The translations under genes were made by a program, and so were the position numbers. A DNA stretch of 35,120 nucleotides from Aquificaceae bacterium (GTDB taxonomy: Bacteria > Aquificota > Aquificia > Aquificales > Aquificaceae). Where the stretch lies: positions 1 through 35,120 of the forward strand of contig JAXSMZ010000018.1 of NCBI GenBank assembly GCA_037924335.1, written 5' to 3'. The notes under the pieces were generated by a model. That model was not told the origin of the DNA, made no database searches, and saw only the letters and a program-made list of their open reading frames with translations. Each line of letters opens with the position of its first letter. The first letter of the stretch is position 1. This document shows positions 1 to 8,003 of this stretch, piece by piece.

Positions 1-1
1 A

Positions 2-124
2 TCCGTATACAAAGGTAGGTACATATGGCTATGCTGGAAGGAGGACGAGGACACCATCCTTTATTGGCATGAGCTAGATGAAGGCTTTGCAGGCAGAAAG
101 CCTATAGATTTGCTTTATGAATAG
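2..124 (+). CDS. 3' end of DUF2203-family protein (truncated by window start)
   Basis: Frame 2 reads SVYKGRYIWLCWKEDEDTILYWHELDEGFAGRKPIDLLYE*. The LCWxxxE..I.YWH...GFAGRKP pattern is the recalled C-terminus of DUF2203. Confidence 0.75.
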   Translation, partial: SVYKGRYIWLCWKEDEDTILYWHELDEGFAGRKPIDLLYE

Positions 125-222
125 ATTTTTATATAGGTTAAGGGCTGAGGGTATTAGAAACTAATCACTGAATATATAGAAGTTTATAGACGCATATAGA
201 AGTTTAGAAACATAAAGACCCC

Positions 223-250
223 TTGACACTTTTGGTTGTATGGATATGTT
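223..250 (+). promoter_or_regulatory. Putative sigma70 promoter inside the mini-element
   Basis: TTGACA (223-228), 16 nt, TATGTT (245-250). Confidence 0.4.
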
Positions 251-439
251 ATAAGGAGGATAAAGGAGCTATGTGAGACCGCTGGTGTCCAGCTCTACAT
301 AGTTCCTTACACAAGCAGGACTTGTCCTGAATGTGGATATCAGGACAAGATGAACCGCGTAGGTGCGCGGTTCACAAGGGAGCTTATAGTCCCCTTGCCT
401 GCTAAACCTCATTCTGTAGAATATTTTTCTATGGGATGA
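227..439 (+). pseudogene. tnpB: TnpB/Cas12f-like nuclease C-terminal remnant
   Basis: FWLYGYVIRRIKELCETAGVQLYIVPYTSRTCPECGYQDKMNRVGARF matches the TnpB W.Y...I..K....GV....V.P.YTS..CP.CG....NR....F segment. The N-terminal part, the second CxxC and the RuvC-III Asp are missing. Confidence 0.8.
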
Positions 440-441
440 GG
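263..441 (+). ncRNA. Candidate structured RNA (omegaRNA-like scaffold)
   Basis: Five consecutive stem-loops at 263-308, 321-349, 351-374, 375-397 and 407-441. Several use G-U pairs that only form on the + strand RNA. Confidence 0.45.
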
Positions 442-492
442 AACTATATATTTCGCTTTTAAAGAGAAATCTTTCATTAACAATTAGAGTTT

Positions 493-1023
493 TTATGAAT
501 GAAAATCCATATATATCTTTGATGGCGTAGCTCCCTTCTGCCCCTGATACTTTCCTCTGTAGGGCTTTTCTGCCTTCCTGTCAAGCTTGGCAAGGACTAT
601 CTGGCATATTCTCATACCTTTGTATAGCTTTATGGGACAAGAGTTAGCGTTGTACAGCTCTAAGGTTATCTGCCCTTCAAAACCTGCATCCACCCATCCT
701 GCGTTTTCTATAAAGAGCCCAAGCCTACCTAAGGAAGACCTACCCTCCACAAAGGCTGTTATATCTTCTGGAAGTTTAATGTACTCATTGGTTGTAGCCA
801 ACACAAAGGCCTTTGGTTCTATGAGAAAACCGTCTTCTATCTTCACTCTCTCAATGGGTATGCTTACACTTTTGACATCTATACAAGTACCTTTGTAAAA
901 GGCCACTTCATCTCCCAATGTAAGGTCCACTGAAGATGACTGTATATGCGCTTCTTGGTAGGGTTCTATGACAAGCTTACCCTTCCTTACAAGCTCCTTT
1001 ATGGTCACATCGCTAAGTATCAT
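493..1023 (-). CDS. dcd: dCTP deaminase (probably dUMP-forming, bifunctional type)
   Basis: MILSD start, SVDLTLG, EGRSSLGRLGL, AGWVDAGFEGQITLEL, PYRGKYQGQ. Confidence 0.95.
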   Translation of the reverse strand: MILSDVTIKELVRKGKLVIEPYQEAHIQSSSVDLTLGDEVAFYKGTCIDVKSVSIPIERVKIEDGFLIEPKAFVLATTNEYIKLPEDITAFVEGRSSLGRLGLFIENAGWVDAGFEGQITLELYNANSCPIKLYKGMRICQIVLAKLDRKAEKPYRGKYQGQKGATPSKIYMDFHS

Positions 1024-1036
1024 ATTCCCTTCTCAA

Positions 1037-1121
1037 TGGGGGTGGAGGGAATCGAACCCTCACGGGGGATCACCCCAGGGGATTTTAAGTCCCCTGCGTC
1101 TGCCAGTTCCGCCACACCCCC
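1037..1121 (-). tRNA. tRNA-Leu(TAA), no encoded CCA
   Basis: Reverse complement gives a GGGGGTG/CACCCCC acceptor stem, anticodon loop CTTAAAA, long variable arm, GGTTCGATTCC T arm and discriminator A followed by TTG. Confidence 0.97.
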
Positions 1122-1124
1122 GGC

Positions 1125-1142
1125 TATAATTAAATTATACCA
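1125..1142. promoter_or_regulatory. Bidirectional -10 elements for nnr (+) and tRNA-Leu/dcd (-)
   Basis: Palindrome TATAAT-TAA-ATTATA (1125-1139). The minus strand reads as extended TGgTATAAT. Confidence 0.65.
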
Positions 1143-1144
1143 GC

Positions 1145-2671
1145 ATGAAGATACTAAAAGCCCATGAGATGCTTTCCTTAGATAGTAGGACCGTGGATGA
1201 GGTTGGCCTGCCATCCATCATACTTATGGAGAATGCAGCTCTCAAGACCATTGAGGTCATAAAGGATAAGTTTAAGAACGCTAAGAAATTTCTTGTAGTT
1301 GCTGGAAAAGGAAACAACGGGGGGGACGGACTTGCCATTGCACGGCACCTTCATCTTTTGGGTTACAGAGTTGATTATGTGCTGGCACTGGGTGATGAGC
1401 TCAAAGAAGATGCCATGGTCAACTACAAAGCCCTCAGAAACCTTGGGCTTTATCCTAAGGAAGGAATACCAGGGGATGAGTATGACCTTATTGTAGATGC
1501 ACTCTTCGGCACTGGCTTTAAGCCTCCTCCTCTCGGTGAATCTGTAAAATGGATAGAGTTCATAAAAAGGTCTTCCTCACCGGTTCTTTCCGTTGATGTC
1601 CCCTCTGGACTGAGTGCGGATACGGGGAAACTATATGAACCGAGCGTTAGAGCTGATGTAACTGTCACCTTTCAGTTTCCTAAGGTTTGCCATGTGCTTT
1701 ATCCTGCTTCAAAACTGTGCGGAGAGGTTTACGTAGTCAACATAGGTATACCAGAGTTCTTTGCCAACTGTATAAACAGGGAAACCATAGACGTGGTGAA
1801 GGTTCCATACAGGGAGCCAGACGTTCATAAAGGGAAGATGGGACATGTGCTTCTTTTGGGCTCAAGCAAGGGGAAGACTGGAGCCCTTATAATGGCTGCA
1901 AAGGCTGCCATAAGGACCGGTTCTGGGCTTGTAAGTGTAGGAGTACCTTCCGAGCTAAATCACATATTTGAAATAGCCCTTACTGAGGAGATGAGTATTC
2001 CTCTTGAAGGTACAGAGAGGTTAAGTTACAGAGCTGCTGAGGAGATAATAAGTATAAAAGAGAGATTTAACGCAGTTGGTGTAGGTATGGGCATGGAAAG
2101 GTACCAGGAGGGAAGCATACTTATAAAGAAGTTGATCCTTGAAGTAGAAAAGCCCCTTCTGATAGATGCCGATGGGCTCAACAACCTTGCAGACTTAAAA
2201 GACATGAGCTTTTTAAAGGAAAGGGAAAGCCCATTGGTTCTCACTCCCCATGTGGGTGAGTTTGAAAGGCTAAGCGGATTGGATAAAGAGACTATAGTAA
2301 ACAACCTTATTGATGTTGCAGTAGAGTTTTCACAAAGGTGGGGATGCTTTTTAGTGCTCAAATCATCAAGAACTGTCATCGCAACGCCAAATGGAAAGGC
2401 TTACCTTTCTATGAGGGGAACATCTGCTATGGCAAAGGGTGGGGTGGGAGATGTGCTCTCAGGGATTTTAACCTCACTGCTTGGTAGAGGTATGGAAGTT
2501 GAAGAAGCCCTAAAGCTTGGAGTTTTCCTTCACGGCTTAGCTGGAGAGGTGGCAGAAAGGGAGAAGCATAAAGAAAGTGTTAAAGCCTTAGACATTGTTG
2601 AACATATACCAAAGGCTTATAATCATATAGAAAATGAAAGCTATCCTTCTGTTATCCATTATCTTTCTTAG
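1145..2671 (+). CDS. nnr: Bifunctional NAD(P)HX epimerase/dehydratase (NnrE-NnrD)
   Basis: LMENAA, GKGNNGGDG, DALFGTG, VDVPSG, IDADGL, LTPHVGEF, GGVGDVLSG. Confidence 0.95.
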   Translation: MKILKAHEMLSLDSRTVDEVGLPSIILMENAALKTIEVIKDKFKNAKKFLVVAGKGNNGGDGLAIARHLHLLGYRVDYVLALGDELKEDAMVNYKALRNLGLYPKEGIPGDEYDLIVDALFGTGFKPPPLGESVKWIEFIKRSSSPVLSVDVPSGLSADTGKLYEPSVRADVTVTFQFPKVCHVLYPASKLCGEVYVVNIGIPEFFANCINRETIDVVKVPYREPDVHKGKMGHVLLLGSSKGKTGALIMAAKAAIRTGSGLVSVGVPSELNHIFEIALTEEMSIPLEGTERLSYRAAEEIISIKERFNAVGVGMGMERYQEGSILIKKLILEVEKPLLIDADGLNNLADLKDMSFLKERESPLVLTPHVGEFERLSGLDKETIVNNLIDVAVEFSQRWGCFLVLKSSRTVIATPNGKAYLSMRGTSAMAKGGVGDVLSGILTSLLGRGMEVEEALKLGVFLHGLAGEVAEREKHKESVKALDIVEHIPKAYNHIENESYPSVIHYLS

Positions 2672-3119
2672 TTCCTGCGGTCTCGTGCACATAGAGTTTA
2701 GAGAGAGAACACCTCAGAAGAAAGAAAAGGTTTACAGACAGAAGGAACCAACCAGAGAAGAGGGTAAGGCTTCAGAATCTCTATTGGTGAGGCTGCCAGT
2801 CAAAGGGAAGCCCGTAAAGCTAAAGAGGGGTTACTTTATAGAGACAGGATGTGATGAGTTTTTCAGGTCCATAAGTCAAGGGAGAGTTCTTTACGCTGGA
2901 GATGAGCTAAAAAGTTATAGTTGGCTTGTTATCATAGAGCAGGTGGATGGATACATGGCTGTATACGGTAAAGCCAACAGGTTGTTTGTAAAAAAAGGAG
3001 AAAGGATAAAAAGGGAGCAGGTGCTTGGAAAGGTTGGACGGGAAGGCGAAAGGTGCGGTATCTTCTTTGATATAAGAAATAAAGATGGTATACCAGTCAG
3101 TTTTGAATTTGAGAGATAA
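2634..3119 (+). CDS. Lipoprotein with degenerate M23/LytM domain (NlpD-like)
   Basis: Lipobox LSSC. GRVLYAG..LKSY..LVIIE...GYMAVYG...[17 protein letters not shown]...FFDIR. The Zn-ligand His residues are absent. Confidence 0.8.
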   Translation: MKAILLLSIIFLSSCGLVHIEFRERTPQKKEKVYRQKEPTREEGKASESLLVRLPVKGKPVKLKRGYFIETGCDEFFRSISQGRVLYAGDELKSYSWLVIIEQVDGYMAVYGKANRLFVKKGERIKREQVLGKVGREGERCGIFFDIRNKDGIPVSFEFER

Positions 3120-4626
3120 TGCTTTTTATGAACTCTATGGCTTGTTCTTTTGTTCTTACCGAACCTTCCAGCTGAGCTTCCTCCAAAGCCTTTTTTATCT
3201 TTCCCACTAACGGTCCTTGGGGTATACGGAGAATCTTCATGACCTCCCTTCCGTTCAGTAAAGGTCTTATGGGTATCCTGTTGTACTTATCTCTCTTGTA
3301 CGCTTCAAGGTCGTGTATGGTAAAGAGAAGGTCTCTAAGTTCCTTGTTTGAGTCGCCACTTCCCACAGAATCTGCTATCGCATGAAGGAAAAGATGGGGG
3401 GCAAAAGCTTCACACTCTCTCCAAAACTTAGCCCTGCCTTTATCTGTCAATTGGTCCTTTCTCAGCGATTCTCTAAGGTAAAAGGGTCTTAGATGATTTT
3501 CCACAATTTTAGCCACAAATTCGGTAGCATCCTCTCCCCATTTTAACCTTCTTCCTATGTTCCTTACCATTTGAGCTCCAAGCTTATCATGATTGTAGAA
3601 GGTCACTTTTCCATCTTTTATCTCAAAGGTTTGAGGTTTGGCTATATCATGGAAGAGTGCAGCCAATTTCAGAAGCTCTAGGTCTGAGAACTCTCCATGT
3701 ACGTGCATGTCCCCTATACCTTTGAGAAGCTCGGGGCTTATATACCTCTCTCTGTTTTCTAAAACCTTATCCAAGTTCTCCATTACCCTCATAGTGTGTT
3801 CATCGAGGGGATAAACGTGGTGCTCACCTTGGTCTCTTACCTCTCTGAGCCTGGATACCTCTGGAAATATAGCCTCTAACACCTTGTGCTCATACAGCTT
3901 CCTAATAACCTCTGAGCTTCTTCTGTGTCTCAAAACTTTGAAGAACTCCAATGTTACCCTCTCTGCTGGGGATTTTTTTATGTAGTCTGCCTTTCCCTTT
4001 AAAAACTCAAAGAAATCTTCAGTCAGCTGTAGGTTTTTCTCCACAGATAGCCTAAATCCCCTTAAAATCCTAACTGGGTCCTCTTCTAAGTTTTTCAAAG
4101 ATACTGGCCTCAAAAGCCCTCTTTCCAGGTCCTCTATACCCTTAGCTGGGTCGTAGATTATAGCCTGCTTTACACCTAAGCTGAGAAGGTCATCTATGCT
4201 TACAGCCATAGCATTGGCAGTAAAGTCCCTTGAAAGAAGGTCATCCACAAGGGCTTTTTCTATGTCTTTTCCTTTCACCTGCGCAAAATCAAACCTGTAC
4301 TTGTAAGGTGGAAGCCTGAGTATAACAGTTGCTACAGTAGCTCTTTTTATAAGCATTCCCTTTTTTTCAAACTCAAAGTAGGAACCCTTTATAAGGTTTG
4401 CAAAGTCCTTTGCCAAAAGCTTTGGGTCGCATGTAACAAGTAGGTCTACATCTATGTTGTATCCTACCGGTTCACCTAAAAGTCTATCCCTTAACCATCC
4501 GCCGACCACAAAGCAGTAAGCATCCTTTGGTAAAACTCTTGCTATATCATCAAAGTAGGAAAGATAGAAGTTAAGCCCATGGGCTGTATGCTTTATGCCT
4601 TTTGTGTATTCTACCTTTTCGAGCAT
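3097..4626 (-). CDS. Class II tRNA nucleotidyltransferase, Aquifex-type CC-adding enzyme with HD domain
   Basis: VGGWLRD..LG...[24 protein letters not shown]. Closely resembles the recalled A. aeolicus CC-adding enzyme ([31 protein letters not shown]). Start moved to ATG at 4626. Confidence 0.88.
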   Translation of the reverse strand: MLEKVEYTKGIKHTAHGLNFYLSYFDDIARVLPKDAYCFVVGGWLRDRLLGEPVGYNIDVDLLVTCDPKLLAKDFANLIKGSYFEFEKKGMLIKRATVATVILRLPPYKYRFDFAQVKGKDIEKALVDDLLSRDFTANAMAVSIDDLLSLGVKQAIIYDPAKGIEDLERGLLRPVSLKNLEEDPVRILRGFRLSVEKNLQLTEDFFEFLKGKADYIKKSPAERVTLEFFKVLRHRRSSEVIRKLYEHKVLEAIFPEVSRLREVRDQGEHHVYPLDEHTMRVMENLDKVLENRERYISPELLKGIGDMHVHGEFSDLELLKLAALFHDIAKPQTFEIKDGKVTFYNHDKLGAQMVRNIGRRLKWGEDATEFVAKIVENHLRPFYLRESLRKDQLTDKGRAKFWRECEAFAPHLFLHAIADSVGSGDSNKELRDLLFTIHDLEAYKRDKYNRIPIRPLLNGREVMKILRIPQGPLVGKIKKALEEAQLEGSVRTKEQAIEFIKSIISQIQN

Positions 4627-4649
4627 TTGTATATAAAATATATAGCACG

Positions 4650-5582
4650 ATGAGTTATGCACAGATGTTTAAAAACATGATGCTTGCCGTAGAGGAGGAG
4701 CTTTTTAAGCACCTTGACCCAGAAGTGCGCTATGTGCTCGAAGTTGGGGAGTACATAATCTCTTCTGGTGGGAAGAGGATAAGGCCCATTCTTAGCATTC
4801 TAACGTGCAGGGCCTTTGGCGGTGATGAGAGGAAGGCTTTACCTTTGGGTGTAGGGATAGAGTACATACATGCGGCTTCTTTGCTCCACGATGATGTGGT
4901 TGATGGTGCTGACAGGAGGAGGGGAAGAGCATCTGCTAACAGAGTGTATGGAAATGACCTTTGCATATTGACTGGCGATTATATGTACGCAAAAGCTCTT
5001 TGGCTTTACTCAACGTACGGTGATATGAAGAGTATACAGATAGTAAGCAGGGCTGTTATGGACATGGCTCAGGGGCAGGTGCTTGAACTCAAAAGCATAG
5101 GGGACCTTATAGATGAAGAGACCTACTTTAGCATAATAGACAGAAAAACTGGTGCCCTTTTTGGTGCAAGCGTTGCAGTTGGCGCCGTCCTTTCTGGGAT
5201 AGATAGCTATGAGGATGTTTATAGGATAGGAGTAAAGATAGGGAGAGCTTTTCAACTTATAGATGATGCGCTCGATTATGTTGGCTCGGAGGTAAAGCTT
5301 GGGAAGCCAGTGGGCAGTGATCTGAAGGAAGGAAAGTGTACCTATCCCCTTTTGTCTGTCATAGAACACCTTGATAGGAAAGTTGTAGAGAGGTCTTTAA
5401 GGAATGGAGATGTAGAATGGGTCAGAGAGAAAGTTGTTGAACTCTTAGGTGTTGAGAAAACAAAGCAAAGGGCGAAAAAAGAAGCTGAAGAAGCCATAGA
5501 CTCTCTTTGTAATGTTCTAAAAGGGAAGGACCTGTCAGGCTTAGAATTTTTGATCCATTCTACAATCAACAGGGAAAGTTAA
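4650..5582 (+). CDS. ispB: Long-chain polyprenyl diphosphate synthase (IspB/HepT-like)
   Basis: [19 protein letters not shown] (small residues before the first Asp-rich motif), [19 protein letters not shown]. Start moved to ATG at 4650. Confidence 0.88.
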   Translation: MSYAQMFKNMMLAVEEELFKHLDPEVRYVLEVGEYIISSGGKRIRPILSILTCRAFGGDERKALPLGVGIEYIHAASLLHDDVVDGADRRRGRASANRVYGNDLCILTGDYMYAKALWLYSTYGDMKSIQIVSRAVMDMAQGQVLELKSIGDLIDEETYFSIIDRKTGALFGASVAVGAVLSGIDSYEDVYRIGVKIGRAFQLIDDALDYVGSEVKLGKPVGSDLKEGKCTYPLLSVIEHLDRKVVERSLRNGDVEWVREKVVELLGVEKTKQRAKKEAEEAIDSLCNVLKGKDLSGLEFLIHSTINRES

Positions 5583-5965
5583 CGCACCTTTTCAAGTACA
5601 CTGTAGACCCTCCATACATATTTGCTTACATGCCTTGCCCTATCTCCCTTGTTGTAGCAATCAACAGCTCTCCAATTTAACCCGTAAGCGCTTATGCATT
5701 CGTTCATTATATAAGCCCCTGCTCTTATGTTATTACAAGCATCCCATAAGTCTCTTTCCTCCTGTATTATTCCCTTCTTTCTTAACTTTGGTACGTTTGA
5801 ACTGTTAACTTGCATTATGCCTATGTCGTAAGTACCGTTCCTGTTTACGTTGAAAGCCCTTTCATTGAGCCCACTTTCTACGTAAGCCACCACTACTAGA
5901 AGCTTTTTGTGAACACCCATCTCCTGAGAAGCCTTCTCAAAGCATAATGGGAGGTCTGGTATCAT
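5579..5965 (-). CDS. Small lytic transglycosylase (SLT; IagB/VirB1/TrbN-like)
   Basis: VESG catalytic Glu, N.NGTYDIGIMQVNS, NIRAGAYI, AVDCYN. Likely start at 5965 overlaps the subtilase stop (ATGA). Confidence 0.88.
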   Translation of the reverse strand: MIPDLPLCFEKASQEMGVHKKLLVVVAYVESGLNERAFNVNRNGTYDIGIMQVNSSNVPKLRKKGIIQEERDLWDACNNIRAGAYIMNECISAYGLNWRAVDCYNKGDRARHVSKYVWRVYSVLEKVR

Positions 5966-7974
5966 GCCTTCCATCTCCTCCTTGTAAAGATAAAGGCAGG
6001 AATGAGAAGCCAAAGGAGTGCATTTATGGGAGATGCATAACCCATAGAACATCCTCCACCACCGCCGGATGCTTCGGGTGATGGTGGTGAAGGTGGTATT
6101 TCAGGCGGAGGTGGTGGGGACTCGGGCCAAACTGCCTTCCCATAGCCGTAAGCTACGTTAGGTGGATTCCCTTCTGTATCGTAAACAGCATTTGACGTAA
6201 GCCAGCTCTTTACTTGCTCTGGCGTGCTGTTTGGATTGTCCTGAAGATACAAGGCTGCTAAGGCTGTGATAACTGGTGATGAAAAGGAAGTTCCTGCCAA
6301 TGGTGTATAGTAACCATCACTGCTGCATGAGTTTGGGTCGGCACTTGGTGTGAAAGTGTAGTTTGCAGTGCAAAGGAAAAACCCATCCGCTACAATATCT
6401 GGCTTTATCCTACCATCCCTTGTTGGACCACGAGAGGAGAAGAAAGCTATACGCCCAAAGTCATTGATATAACGAACGGAAATAGGATCACCACCTATAG
6501 CTCCAACCGTTATAGCTCTCTTTGCTGTACCGGGCGAAGATACAGTATATTTGTATCCTCCAAAACCATCCTCCTCATAACCACCCATAAAACTTCCCCC
6601 CCCGTTCGCTATCCAAAGGTCCATTTTCCCATCACCGCTTAGTCTCTTCAAGTTGAGCTTTAAAGAACTTGTTTTACTACCACATACTATCAGTATGAAC
6701 ACCTCTCCATCGCCGTTGAGGGGTGAAGAAAGGGTTGTGTTGTCAATATAAACATAGCAGGAAGATACTAATCCTTCTGAAGAAGTTTCGGGCTCTGTCT
6801 GAAGACACGAAAACCCGCTTTGGTCACATACCCCTACCCTGTAAGAAGAACCTTTAGTGTACCATCCGTCTATTACTGCCTCTGTCTCTGTTAAACTTAG
6901 ATTTACATTACCAGACCATACTTGAGCATGGATCTTCTCATTCCCTTCGTTGCCGGCGGATACCACCACAACAAACCCGTTCTCTGAAACCTGGTCTATA
7001 AACTTATCGAAGAGAGATGTACCATCGTGAGGGTCAAAGTGTCCCCCCAAGGATAGGTTGACAACTGCGGGCATCTGTAAGCTTTTTGCTTTGGACTTTA
7101 TGTAATCTATCCCAGCCATTATGTCCGTGTCGTATAGGTTTGTCTGATAAACTATAAAACTGACATCTTTTGCCTGGCTGTTAAAGCGAGTCTGAGACCA
7201 ATATCCCCCAGCAACACCTGCCACCGCAGTACCATGCCCTTCATCATCGTAGTTGCAGTTTCCCTCTCTTATCCTTTGATTTACCTGAGAGCTGTTTAGC
7301 TCGTAACCTTTGTAGCTTCTGTAGAAGAGTATTCTTGTAGTACCGTCTTGCTTCCTAAAGGCTGGATGGCAGAAGTTTATACCTGTATCCACTATGCCTA
7401 CAATAACTCCTTCCCCCGTTTTTTCGCTTTGGCTTGCCTTTGTACCCACAAGGTACTTTACGTTACCTCCAGTTATATGAGATGCTTTTAAACTTTTCCC
7501 ACCGAGTATGAGTCTGTAGTTTCCGCCAGATGAAACGCTTATCTTTGTATTAGAGTTGCATACGAAATATGAATCTTGAACCTGACAGCCTGGAGCTTGT
7601 ACAAACCCACCCCTTATGTATCCAAAGAAGGTGTCAGGATAGTTCACCAGCACATCCTGGCTTCCAGAACCCCAAACTACATAAGAAGAGCTAAAGGCTA
7701 TATCGTTGTACAATCTCAGCCTTCTTGGTGCCTCGATGTAGAGTATGTTATCATCTGACGCCAAGCTCTCTAAGTCTCTCTTGGAGAGGTCAACGGCTCG
7801 GACTTTTCCATCCTTTGTTAGGACCTTAACCTTAGTTATCTCTTTGTAAGAGTTGAACTTTAGCGAGGACTTTTTTTTGTTGGCTTCCTTCTTTAGAATT
7901 GGGTCAAGCTTGCTAAGGTTATAAGAGAAGGAAAGACTTATGGTAAGTAACACCAAAAAAGTTGATAAAATCAT
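5962..7974 (-). CDS. Secreted S8 subtilase with internal insertion, Pro-rich linker and C-terminal GGGGGC-TM-basic sorting signal
   Basis: Signal peptide, GIVDTG (Asp), GHGTAVAG (His), SAGNEG (oxyanion Asn), FSSRGPTRDGRIKPD, GTSFSSP (Ser). Start at 7974 follows a G-rich SD-like sequence. Confidence 0.92.
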   Translation of the reverse strand: MILSTFLVLLTISLSFSYNLSKLDPILKKEANKKKSSLKFNSYKEITKVKVLTKDGKVRAVDLSKRDLESLASDDNILYIEAPRRLRLYNDIAFSSSYVVWGSGSQDVLVNYPDTFFGYIRGGFVQAPGCQVQDSYFVCNSNTKISVSSGGNYRLILGGKSLKASHITGGNVKYLVGTKASQSEKTGEGVIVGIVDTGINFCHPAFRKQDGTTRILFYRSYKGYELNSSQVNQRIREGNCNYDDEGHGTAVAGVAGGYWSQTRFNSQAKDVSFIVYQTNLYDTDIMAGIDYIKSKAKSLQMPAVVNLSLGGHFDPHDGTSLFDKFIDQVSENGFVVVVSAGNEGNEKIHAQVWSGNVNLSLTETEAVIDGWYTKGSSYRVGVCDQSGFSCLQTEPETSSEGLVSSCYVYIDNTTLSSPLNGDGEVFILIVCGSKTSSLKLNLKRLSGDGKMDLWIANGGGSFMGGYEEDGFGGYKYTVSSPGTAKRAITVGAIGGDPISVRYINDFGRIAFFSSRGPTRDGRIKPDIVADGFFLCTANYTFTPSADPNSCSSDGYYTPLAGTSFSSPVITALAALYLQDNPNSTPEQVKSWLTSNAVYDTEGNPPNVAYGYGKAVWPESPPPPPEIPPSPPSPEASGGGGGCSMGYASPINALLWLLIPAFIFTRRRWKA

Positions 7975-7987
7975 GTTTACTTCCCCC

Positions 7988-8002
7988 ATTATAATAATAC
8001 CA
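7988..8002. promoter_or_regulatory. Bidirectional -10 elements between subtilase and nth
   Basis: Plus-strand TATAAT at 7990-7995, 8 nt before the nth ATG. Minus strand reads TGgTATTATTATAAT. Confidence 0.55.
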
Positions 8003-8003
8003 T

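Larger units (their letters stand above)
146..441 (+). mobile_element. Non-autonomous, internally deleted tnpB-type IS derivative (probably IS607 family)
   Basis: TGAGG at both 146-150 and 437-441. Phased TAGA motifs at 155, 177, 187 and 197, including a 13-bp direct repeat ATATAGAAGTTTA (174-186, 194-206). Contains a tnpB 3' fragment and a terminal hairpin ending at 441. Confidence 0.6.

Noticed and set aside
174..211. Short direct repeats as a CRISPR array next to a Cas12f-like fragment
   Set aside because: Only two 13-bp copies with a 7-bp spacer, far too short for CRISPR. Better explained as transposon-end motifs.
236..439. 67-aa ORF as a functional small protein
   Set aside because: It is a tnpB fragment with half a zinc finger and no SD, and its TTG lies inside the putative promoter.
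407..441. Hairpin as an intrinsic terminator
   Set aside because: No adjacent U-tract, and the stem relies on G-U pairs that fail on the minus strand. A terminator role is not fully excluded.
946..1214. ORFs 946-1167 (+) and 1020-1214 (-)
   Set aside because: They are translations across the tRNA-Leu gene.
4602..4662. Overlapping N-termini of the CC-adding enzyme and ispB
   Set aside because: Artefact of longest-ORF starts. The downstream ATGs (4626, 4650) leave a 23-bp promoter-like spacer.
5966..6052. N-terminal extension of the lytic transglycosylase
   Set aside because: It overlaps the subtilase sorting signal in another frame and does not look like a signal peptide.
6052..6125. GGT/GGC-rich low-complexity DNA as a repeat element
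   Set aside because: It encodes the Pro/Gly linker of the subtilase.
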